A stretch of DNA of 64,000 nucleotides from Azolla caroliniana (Eukaryota; Plantae; Polypodiophyta): NCBI GenBank assembly GCA_043228905.1, contig JBHGNT010000013.1, forward strand, positions 2,542,001-2,606,000, given 5' to 3'. This document shows, one piece after another, positions 47,599-59,341 of this stretch (the first letter of the stretch is position 1; each line of letters starts with the position of its first letter). The notes below the pieces were generated by a model that ran no database searches, was not told the DNA's origin, and saw only the letters and a list, made by a program, of their open reading frames with translations. Position numbers and translations under genes: made by a program.

Positions 47599-50500
47599 TA
47601 TCATGATATGGCAAGACTCGAACCCATGACCTTAGGTTATATGAGTCGAGCTCTTGACCATTATATTATCTATTGTAATACGTAGGATATTATTTTCATT
47701 TACATTTTATTATAGGAAATTAATGTATATTCCAGATTTCTCTGGAACATTCTAGAAGCTTCAAGATTACTCCTAAGAACACTATAAAAGAGGGCACTAG
47801 GCATTATGTTGAACCAAATTGGTTCAACACCAATCTTTAGCCTCATAGCCCTTTTGTACTTAATCTTCTTATAATATAAAATCTGTTATCATCATCTCTC
47901 TCTCTCTCGTCCTTGCTATCTCTCTCTCTCTCTCTCTTCTCTCTTCCTCTCTCGGGAGTCTTATGCAGTCCCGTCCCCTTAGTACTAATAGTACTTCCCT
48001 TCTCTAGTACTAATCCTCTCTCTGTTTAGTACTATTCCTGACAGTTTGAACCAATTTCCGCTTCTGTCTCTCTCCCTTCATACTAATCTCTTATTCCTCT
48101 TTTCTTATCATCCCATGGCCACAGTTAGCGCTCAAGAATATCAATCTGTTTTCTCAAAGTTTCAATGCTTGAAAGAGAAGTTCCTTGCTTTGGAACAAGA
48201 AAATCAATGGTTGTTGGGGGATCTTCAACAAATCTTTTTAGAAAAGCAGCAAACGCAACAACAACATGGGGAACTTGCATTAAGTGTGCAACAACTTGAA
48301 GCAACCATCGTAGCGATGCAATAACAAGGCCCCGGAACACAAGGGATTCATAAGGAACCCAAGATTGGCCTTCCCACGAAGTTCCATGGAACACGATCAC
48401 AGTTTAGAGGGTTCCTTAATCAGGTATGATTAGTTATTCAAATGCATCCTTCCCGATATCCTACCAATGCATCATGAGTGGGTTTAGTAGGGACGTTGTT
48501 AACTGGCTCAGCGTTGGCATGGTTCGCTCCACTGTTGGAAAAGGAGTCTCCATTACTCAACAACTTTGAAGAGTTTATAGGTGAGTTTAAAGCATGCTTT
48601 GGAGATACTGACAGCATAAGGACCACAATCAACAAAATCCAGCGATTACGCCAAGGAGACCGTCTAGCCTCCGCATACGCTGTAGATTTCTGCCTACTCG
48701 CTGCTAACATCCCTTGGGATGATCAAGCATTGTTGGAGCAATTTCGTTATGGTTTACGCAACGATGTCAAGAATTTACTCTTACCCTTCCCTGAAGAGCC
48801 AAAGTCCTTAACAAAAGCAATCAGTCGTGCGGTGAGATGTGACAACCGCCTCTTTGAGCGACGTTCGGAACGACAACTACAGATGCCGAGGGCAAGATCA
48901 AAGCCCACCTACGCCTCAATGGTAGCAAAACATTTACCAAGGGAGTACTATAATGCGCCTCCAATGAATACTCCGACTCCGATGGAGATTGACACTACAC
49001 GTCGTCGAGGGCCATTATCCGAAGAAGAAAAGCAGCGACGCCGAACAAATCGACTATGTCTCTACTGCGGTGGACCAGGACACATTGCAATAAATTGTCC
49101 CCATAGGCCAAGAAGACAGGTAAACCAAATAGTTGCTAGTTCTAATTGTACTAAACCCGAGCCTATTATAGTAGGGATATCTGATAGTACTAATAGTACT
49201 AATAGCCTAGATCTAGCGAACAAATTTGATGTCCTTAGTTAGAAGAAGAGTTAAACGACTAAGTCCAGCCAAAATAGGAGCCATTTGGTTGGACAACCCT
49301 AGATCTGTGCAACCCATTAGTGGTTCCATTCCCTCTAAGCAAGTTAGCAATGTGTTCGTAGCCCAAGTAACAGTTAGTACTAAAAGTACCCCTCCAGTAC
49401 ACGTCTTAGCACTTCTAGACTCCGGAGCTAATTCTTGCTTTATGGATAGGAATTTTGCCCAAGATCATCAGATATCTCTTAGAAAACTCTCGTGTCCAGC
49501 CTCTGTAGTCGTCATTGATGGTCGTCCCATTGCTTCCGGAAATATTATAGAAGAGTCAGAACTTGTTAATATTGTCCTAGATAACTTAACATGTGTAGTA
49601 TCATTTAACATTATTAGTATCCCAGAACATCCCATCGTTTTGGGATTACCATGGTTCGAGTTACATAACCCAGACATAGATTGGAGAACAAGAGAAATCC
49701 GGTGTCGACAAACCCGAGCATCTACTTAGAAGATTGCCACTATTTCACTACATCAGTTGCGGAAAGAAGGACGCAAGGAAGAAATGTTTCTCTTCGCAAT
49801 ATCACTAAAACCCTCCGATACCATTAAAGAGGAGTCCACCGTTCAGCTTCCAAAGAAGTATCATCATTATGCCGATGTATTCGATAAAGTACGAGCCAAT
49901 ACGCTTCCTCACCATCGACCATATGATTGCCCCATCGATTTACAACCGGGGAAAGAGCCACCATGGGGACCGATCTACAATTTGTCACCAACCGAGCTAG
50001 AAGTCCTTCGAGCCTATATAGAGGAGAATTTGGAGAATGGATTCATTCGACATTCGAAATCTCCAGCCGGCACACACATTTTCTTCGTCAAGAAAAAGGA
50101 TGGCTCACTTCGTCTGGTGGTAGATTATCGTGGCTTGAATAAAGTTACAATACGCAATAGGTATGCACTTCCCCTTATCTCAAGTCTTTTAGAACGGATC
50201 AATGGTGCCAGGTTCTTCACAAAGATCGACTTACGAGGGGGCTATAACCTCGTACAGATCCGACAAGGAGATGAATGGAAGACCGCGTTCCGCACTAGAT
50301 ATGGGCACTTCGAGTATACAGTCATGCCGTTCAGCCTCACTAATGCGCCAACCGTCTTCCAGCACATGGCAAATGATATATTCTAAGATCTCTTGGAGGT
50401 GTGTCTGATCATCTACTTCAATGATCTACTAGTTTATTCAAAGACCGAAGAAGAGCATGATTCTCATGTACTGTTAGTACTAAAACGACTTCGGGAACAT

Positions 50501-53121
50501 GGTCTTTACGCAAAGCTAGAAAAATGTAGTTTCGGGTGCAACCAGGTGGAATTTCTTGGCTACGTTATTTCATCAGAAGGCATCTCCATGGACCCAGCTA
50601 AGGTAAACACAGTGGTAGAATGGCAGACTCTGCGCTCGCTGCGGGATGTGCAATGCTTTGCCAATTTTTACCATAAGTTTATACAAGATTACTCAAAGCT
50701 CGTTCTGCCTCTCACACAGCTTACCAAGAAGGGACAATTGTTCGTTTGGTCTGAAGAAGCAGATATGGCTTTCGAGAGTCTTAAAAAGGCATTTACATCA
50801 GCTCCAATTCTAGCTCATGTCGATCCGAAAAAACCATTCATTATCGAAGCTGACGCATCAGATTTCACATTGGGGAGCATTCTGTCACAACGGGGTAATG
50901 ATGAGAAGCTACATCCTATGGCTTTTCACTCACACAAGTTTGACACCACCGAAATCAACTATGAAATCCATGATAAGGAGCTATTGGCAATAGTGGACTC
51001 GTTTATGCAATGGAGGCATTTTTTAGAGGGATCCTCTCATCAAGTCACCGTATTCAATGACCATAAAAACCTTGCCTACTTTCAGGATGCTCATGTGTTA
51101 AATCGATGTCAAGCTCGGTGGGCCCACTTCCTCACGTGTTTTGACTTCATAATTACATATCATCAGGGGAAGCACAAAGGGAAGGTAGATGCATTATCAC
51201 GGCGTTCGTATCTAACACCGCGTCCCGGCGAGCCAGCTTTCGATAACCAAAAGCAAGTAATCTTGGGACCGGAACGACTGCAAGCAACACAGGTTTTTGG
51301 CATGCCCATGGATTCCCACGTTATCAATATCATACATGCAGACCTGAAGACAAATGCTTTTGACCAAGCTATGCTAGCACAAATTGATCCCTCTCGAGCG
51401 TCGTGCTCGCAGTTGCAACCACCAGGTACGGACTATCAGCAATTCAAATACCATGATGGATTACTCTTCTTTAAAGAACTTTTGTATGTTCCTAATGGTT
51501 TTTGTCGCATTCGATTAGTACAAAAATGTCATGAAACATATACAACTGGGCATTTTGGTAGTACTAAAACATTAGATTTAGTACAACGATCATTCTGGTG
51601 GCCCCGTATGCGATAATTTGTCGACGATTTTGTTCGGACTTGTGATACATGCTGCAGAGCAAAAATGCCAAGGCATCATCCACACAGGTTATTAGAACCA
51701 TTACCAATTCCAAGCAATCCATGGCAATCCATTGCTCTAGACTTCATCACCGATCTTCCAGTCTCTAAGGGGTTCAATGCGATTCTAACAATGGTAGATC
51801 AATATACAAAGATGGCTCATTTCTTGCCATGTACTAAGGAAATCTCCAGTGAAGACACCGCCGAAATTGTCATGCGTGAAGTATGTCGACATCATGGACT
51901 TCCCGATAGTATCGTCAGCGACCATGGACCCCAGTTCGTTTCAAATTTCTGGAAGCACCTTTTTAAAATGCTCAAGGTCACTTGTAACCGCTCCTCCGGC
52001 TACCACCCACAAACCGATGGCCAAGCCGAACAAACAAATCAAACACTGGAGTAGTATCTACGGTGCTTTCTCAGCTATCATCAGGATAACTGGGCAGATA
52101 TTCTCCACTTCGTCGAATTTGCCTATAATAACTCTATCCACGCATCGACTAAAGTTACGTCATTTTATGCTTATACGAGATGTCACCCTCGGTGGAGTGT
52201 ACTTGAAACCCCATAGGTGTCCACAAATCCTTGCACGGAGGATCGTTTGGAGCAGTTACGCAAGATACAAGCAGATTTATCTACTCATCTCCAGCAAACT
52301 CAACAAACACACAAGGTCTACGCGGATCGTCATCGACTTCCATCTAGTTTTAACATTGGAGATCGGGTGTGGCTGCTACGACAACACATCAAGACTACTC
52401 GCCCATGTGAGAAGTTGGATTATCGGCGATTAGGTCCTTTCCGTATTATCGGAAAGATTAATGATGTTGCTTTTAATCTCGATCTACCTCCTCAACTTCG
52501 AATACATCCGGTGTTTCATAGTTCTCTCCTCGAACCCTATCACGAGAGCACCATCCCAGGACGTATTATACAACCTCCACCCCCGATCGAGCTTGAAGAT
52601 GAACCAGAGTACGAGGTTGCCGCCATCCTTGATTCCAAGATTGTTCGCAACAAGCTCTACTACCTAGTCAATTGGCTAGGCTATAGTCCCAGCAAACGTA
52701 CTTAGGAACCGATCGAGAATGTGACCAATGCTCGTGCGCTTCTTGAAGACTTCCATCGTCAATATCCACACAAACCGGGTCCTCCATCCAAAACGACTCA
52801 TGACACTCGTTGTTTTGAAAGGGGGATAGGGTCATGATATGGCAAGACTCGAACCCATGACCTTAGGTTATATGGGTCAAGCTCTTGACCAATATATCAT
52901 CTATTGTAATACGTAAAATATTATTTTCATTTACATTTTATTATAGGAAATTAATGTATATTCCAGATTTCTCTGGAACATTCTAGAAGCTTCATGATTA
53001 CTCCTAAGAACACTATAAAAGAGGGCACTAGGCATTATGTTGAACCAAATTGGTTCAACGCCAGTCTTTAGCCTCATAGCCCTTTTGTACTTACTCTTCT
53101 TATAATATAAAATATGTTATC

Positions 53122-53156
<35 letters not shown>

Positions 53157-53285
53157 CTTGCTATCTCTCTCTCTCCTCTTCTCTCTTCCTCTCTTGGGAG
53201 TCTTACATAGTCCCATCCCCTTAGTACTAATAGTACTTCCCTTCTCTAGTACTAATTCTCTCTCTGTTTAGTACTATTCCTGACA
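47599..53285 (+). mobile_element. Tcn1-like chromovirus F, full length, decayed; relative of D
   Basis: LTRs 47599-48043 and 52830-53285; TSD GCCGC/GCTGC; PBS TTTGAACCAATTT 48045-48057; PPT AAAGGGGGATAG. Confidence 0.94.
48115..52800 (+). pseudogene. Element F gag and pol with chromodomain
   Basis: ORFs 48478-49242, 49226-49729, 49757-50386, 50393-51616, 51665-52054 and 52217-52705; EYEVAAILDS..YYLVNWLGY. Confidence 0.93.
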
Positions 53286-53620
53286 GCTGCCACTATACAC
53301 TCAGTTGCCGCTACTATGAAGGTTGTATATTGCTACCCCTTTTCGATCTGACGGAGTTAACTCCTTCTCCACTGCCGCCATTCTACTCTCAGTTGTCATC
53401 ACGTGTGTTTCAAGCATCATCTACCACTGTTCGATCTAATGGAGTTCACTCCTCCATTGTCATCATTCCCTCAGTTGCCGCTACTATTCGGTGACCGGTC
53501 CTAGATTGCTGCCACTTTTCGATTTGGCGGAGTTCACTCATCCATTGCCATCATTCTACACTTAGTTGCTGCTACTGTTCAGTCGTGTATTGCTACCACT
53601 CTTCCATCTGAGGGAGTTCA
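53286..53620. repeat. 84/90-bp tandem array, second block
   Basis: Same unit as 58510-59190. Confidence 0.85.
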
Positions 53621-56600
53621 TGTTAGGATTTCGGTCCCTCCGAATGGGATATGAGTACCCGACAACAGAAGACCCGGTGAGAACTGGATGATGAGTATCC
53701 GACAACATAGGCCCGGTGAGAACCAGATGACGCAGGCCCGAAGAGAACCTCTCACCGGATGAAGGGACATATATGTAGATATGTTTCTAAGAGCCCGTTG
53801 GGGCTATATCTATAAATAGTCCTAATGTCATATTTAGTATAAATATGACCTAGGGCAAACATTATGGGTAGTTGTTGTCATTATTGTGTATAGCGTTATT
53901 GGTGTAACTGCTGTATAGAGCGTAGCAGAGAGAGAGAGAGAGACAGACAGAGACAGAGACAGAGCGATATAGAGCATGACTCTGTTGTAACCGCCGGCAG
54001 GTGAAATTTGTGAGCAAGAGGTCGATGCCTCTGTGGTCCCTGTTATATTCCTTGACATAGTGATAGTTTGGAGTCTGTGGGCTCCCGTGGTTTTTCCCTC
54101 TCAAGGTTTTCCACGTTAACATACTGTGTACCCTCTCTCTCATATTGTCTGTGTATATGTGCATTTACCCTCATTGCCCATTTCTTCTGTGGTTGTGATT
54201 CCAAGGAAGTGATTGAAGTCTCAGTTGTGGCCGAGCATTATTCCACCCATTCCTGTCAATTTGGTATCAAAGTGAAACGACACAAAAAAATGGAAGATTC
54301 GTTGGGAGGCATGTTCAAGCTCACCAGCTCCAACTACTCAGTGTGGAAGTCGAAGATGAGGGACATGCTGGTTAAAGATCTTTGGTTGCCGGTTCAGGTC
54401 GGGGACAAGAGACCGGACAAGATCGATGCCACGATATGGGAGGTGATGCACATGAAGACAATGGCGTACATACGATGTTTCATCGACATGAGCCTGTACA
54501 ACAACTTCAATGAGAAGAGTAAGGCTCATGAGCTTTGGGAGAAGATCGGCATTATGTTTCAGAACAAAAATGTTGTTAATCGGGTTTCGGTATTCCGGAA
54601 GCTAGTGCGGCGCCGGTACCAAGATGGCTCCACCATGGTGGAGCACATGAATGCCTTCCAAGGGCTGATGCACCAAGCAACATCGTTGGAAGTACCCCTC
54701 TCCGATGAGGTACTAGCATTGCTCCTGCTCGGTTCCCTCCCAGATAGCTGGGAGACGTTAGTTGTCACTTTGGGCAACGCCGGGCCGAAAGGAAAACAGT
54801 TGTCCCTAGCAAGGGTCAAGTCGAGCTTGTTAGATGAGGAGGCGTGTCAGAAAGACAAGGATACGAGCTCTGACTCGAAAGCGCTCCTTACCGAATCGAA
54901 ACGCGGAAGACAAAGGAACCGGGCTCCCCAGAACCGGGAAAAGTCGGGGACACGGTCAAAGTCAAGGGGAAGGCCCACTTGCTTCTACTGTGGGAAGCCG
55001 GGGCACTTCTAGAAGAACTGTTGACATTTCCGAAAAGACAAGGAGACTGACAGTATCGATTCGAAGCGGTCACTGGTCCGGAACGGTAAAGACCGAAGAG
55101 GACCAGACCGGAAGGGAACGATGGCAATCGCGGCAAGTGAAGAAGAGTTGATGATCATCACCGAGGAGAGTGAGTTGAACCTTGCCGGCGACAAGACAAC
55201 GTGGGTTGTCAATTCCGGAGCATCGTTCCACCTAACCAGTGAGCATGGTTGTGTCCGGATGGGGAATGAAGGTACATGCCGAATTGTCAGCATAGGAGAC
55301 GTGTGGTTGACAACACCAACCGGATGCAAGTTGCTGCTGAAGGATGTCTGACACGTTCCGGAGGATCGACTGAACCTGATATCATCCGGTCGGCTAGATG
55401 ATGAAGGCTACACGGGTAGCATCCGAAACGGTGTCATGAAGTTCAGCAAGGGGAGCCTGATAATGGCTCGGGCCCGGAAGGTCAACACGCTGCACCTAAT
55501 GAATGCCTGGTTATGTCCGGAAGAAGTGAACGTTGCTTCCGACACTGCCCATGAGTTGTGGCACAAGAGACTGTGTCACATGAGCGAGAAGGGGATGAAG
55601 AGGCTTGCCAATGACAACCTCATTCCGGTGAAGAACATGCATCTTGAGAGGTGAACCGACTGCCTGGCCAGTAAGCAAAACCGGACGTCCTTCCGCTCAA
55701 GGCCACCGATGAGACGTAGTGCACCACTGGAGCTAGTGCATACCAATGTGTGTAAAGTGGACACGAAGTCACATGCCGGAGCGCAGTACTTCGTGACGTT
55801 CATAGATGACCACAGCCAGAGGCTGTGGGCCACACCGCTAAAGACGAAGGATCAAGTGTTATCCGTCTTCAAGGAGCTCCACACAAGACTGGAAAAAGAA
55901 ACCGGTCGGAAGCTGAAACCGGTTCCAACAGATAACGGAGGAGAATACCGGGGGCAGTTTGAGGAGTATTGCCGCTCGAAGAGAATCCGACTCGAATTTA
56001 CCGTGCCGAAGACGCCGGAACTAAATGGGTTGGCCGAGAGGATGAACCAGACCATAATGGAGAGGGTCTGAAGTATGCTGGCACATGCAAAGTTACCCAA
56101 GACATTTTGGGCTGAGGCACTGTCGACAGCGACATATGTGATAAATAGGTCACCCTCAGTACCCTTGGATGGAGACACGCCACAGAGAGTGTGGACCGGT
56201 AAGGAAGTGTCCTACCGGCATCTGAAGGTGTTCGGGTGTCTCGCTTATGTGCATGTTGCAAAGGACCGAAGAGCAAAGTTGGATCCAAAGTCCCGGCCTT
56301 GCATATTCCTCGAATATAGCGATGATGAGTTCGGCTACTGAGTGTGGAATTCGGTCGACAAGAAGGTTTTCCGGAGTCGAGATATTATATTCATGAATGA
56401 CAAGACCCTTGCCGACTGGGAGTCGGAGAAGAAGATAAGGAACTCCAAGTCAACCGATGAGATTCAGACCTACCCGGCTAAGAGCCGGTTGACACTCAAA
56501 GAACCGGCTGGTTACAGTGAGGTTACCGAACCAGCAGAAGAAGAAGAAGAGGAAGCCGAAACCAGAACTGGCCAATACCCCGAATCGGATTCGGATGAAG

Positions 56601-58509
56601 AACAAACAGAGGAGCCGGTTGCCGAAAGCCAAGGATGCAAATATCCTCTTAGAGAGAGAAGGCCCCCCCGGAGATTTCCGGATGCAGAGCATGTGTTGCT
56701 AAACGATGAGGGGGAGCCGGAAAGCTTCGAAGAAGCAAAGCAGGACACCCACAACCGCAAGTGGTTGAGTGCCATGCAGGACAAGATGGATTCCCTACAT
56801 GAGAACCACACGTATAAACTGGTGGAGTTACCGAACGGAAAGCGTGCACTCCGGAATAAGTGGGTGTACAAGTTGAAACCGGGAGATGCCGGCAACCCCC
56901 CAAGGTACAAAGCATCGTCAGACGAGACCAAGTCAAGATACGGATGCTGAAGAAGGCTCTGAACCGGACCTTCTCAATGACAAACTTGGGTCCGGCAAGA
57001 CAAATATTGGGGATGCATATCATCCGGGACTGGTCAAAGAAGCAATTGTGGCTGTCACAGGAGAAATACGTGACAAAGGTGCTTCAGCGGTTCAACATGT
57101 CAGATGTGAAACCGGTTGGATCGACACTCCCAACAAACTGCAAGTTATCCAGTAAGCAAAGCTCGAAGACGAAGGCAGAGAAGGCGAATATGATGAAGAT
57201 ACCATATGCCTCTGCCGTCAGGAGCTTAATGTACGCAATGTTGTGTACCCAACCGAATATCGGATAGGCAGTCGAAGTGCTAAGCCGGTTTATGAGCAAT
57301 CCCGGCAAGGAGCACTGGAATGCGGTAAAATGGATACTCTAGTACTTGAAAGGCACCTCAAGTATGTGCCTCCGATTCGGCTCCAGTAAACCCCAACTTG
57401 ACAGTTTCACAGATTCGGACATGTCGGCTTATGTGGATACCAGCCGGTCAACATCCGAATATGTCATGACATATGCAGGGGGAGCTATTTCGTGGCAGTC
57501 AAGGCTGCAGAAGACGGTTGCGTTGTCAACCACGGAGGCGGAGTACATGGCGGCTGCGGAAGCCGGCAAGGAAATATTATGGATGAAGGACTTCATCGGA
57601 GAGCTAGGGATCCGGCAAGAGGAATACCGGCTCTACTACGACAGTCAAAGTGCCATCCACCTTGTGAAGAACGCGGCGTATCATTCCAAAACGAAGCACA
57701 TCCAGCAGAGGTACCATTGGATCCGGGAGCGAGTGGATGATCGAGAGTTCGTGCTGACGAAGATCCACACAGAGGAGAACGGGTCAGATATGCTGACCAA
57801 AGTGCTGACACCCGACAAGCTAGAAGCATGCAGGAAGAGGATCGGATTGACGAGACATCCCATGCCGGAGTGAAGGGGGAGTTTGTTAGGATTTCAGTTC
57901 CTCCGGATGGGATATGAGTACCCGGCAATGGAAGACCCGGTGAGAACCGGATGATGAGTATCCGGCAACGCAGGCCCGGTGAGAACCGGATGACGCAGGC
58001 CCGGTGAGAACCTCTCACCAGATGAAGGGACATATATGTAGATATGTTTCTGAGAGCCCGTTGGGGCTATATCTATAAATAGTCCTAATGTCATATTTAG
58101 TATAAATATGACCTAGGGCAAACATTATGGGTAGTTGTTGTCATTATTGTGTATAGTGTTGTTGGTGTAACTGCTGTATGGAGCGTAGCAGAGAGAGAGA
58201 GAGAGAGAGAGAGAGCGATACAGAGCATGACTCTGTTGTAACCGCCTCCAGGTGAAGATTGTGAGCAAGAGGTCGTTGCCTCTGTGCTCCCTATTGTATT
58301 CCTTGACATAGTGATAGTTTGGAGTCCATGGGTTCCCATGGTTTTTCCCTCTCAGGGTTTTCCACGTTGACATATTGTGCACCCTCTCTCTCATATTGTC
58401 TATGTATATGTGCATTTACCCTCATTGCCCATTTCTTCTGTGGTTGTGATTCTAATGAAGTGATTGAAGTCTCGGTTGTGACCGAGCATTATTCCGCCCA
58501 TTCTTGTCA
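53621..58509 (+). mobile_element. Tork-like Copia G, with an internal RT deletion
   Basis: LTRs 53621-54258 and 57884-58509; perfect TSD GTTCA; PBS TGGTATCAAAG at 54262; PPT GAAGGGGGAG. Confidence 0.95.
54290..57873 (+). pseudogene. Copia G gag-pol
   Basis: Collinear with Copia C, with many stops. About 0.4 kb of the RT core, including YVDD, is deleted near 56913. Confidence 0.93.
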
Positions 58510-59190
58510 GTTCACTCCTTCTCCACTGCCGCCATTGTACTCTCAGTTGTCGTCACTATGTGTTCCAAGCATCATCTGCCATTGTTCGATCTGACGAAGT
58601 TGACTCCTCCATTGCCATCATTCTACACTTAGTTGCCGCTACTGTTCGGTCCTGGATTGCTGCCACTTTTCGATTTGACGAAGTTGACTCCTCCATTGCC
58701 ATAATTCTACACTTAGTTGCCACTACTGTTCGATCCTGGATTGCTGCCACTTTTCGATTTGACGGAGTTCACTCCTCCATTGCCATCATTCTACACTTAG
58801 TTGCCACTATTGTTCAGTCCTGGATTGCTGCCACTTTTCAATTTGACGGAGTTCACTCATCCATTGCCATCATTCTACACTTAGTTGTCGCTACTATTCG
58901 ATGGTGTATTGCTGCCACTTTTCGATCCAAAGGAGTTCACTGCTTCACCACTGTTGCCATTCTACTCTCAGTTGTCGTCACTCTGCGTTCCAAGCATCAT
59001 CTGCCACTGTTCGATCCGATGGAATTCACTCCTCCATTGCCATCATTCTACACTTAGTTGCCGCCATTGTTCGGTCCTGGATTGTCAAAAATGTTCGATC
59101 AAACGGAGTTCACTCCTCCATTGCCGCCATTCTACACTCGGTTGCCGCCACTATTCGGCCCTGGATTACCGCCATTGTTCGGTCTTGGAT
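58510..59190. repeat. 84-bp tandem array, third block
   Basis: Units start at 58585, 58669, 58753 and 58837. Confidence 0.92.
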
Positions 59191-59341
59191 TTGAATAACT
59201 ATTCTGTCTATTGATTATCTTGTGTATTGTTGTGTATAATCTTGTGTATTGCGGAATATTTTGTGTATTGTTGTTGCCCATAGCCATCTTTAATACGTGT
59301 CTTTTTTTCGGGAAAAATAGGGTTTAAACTCGTCAAGCCAA

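Noticed and set aside
58560-59057. 165-aa protein of 28-aa repeats
   Set aside because: It follows from an 84-bp stop-free unit; there is no ATG start or other coding evidence.
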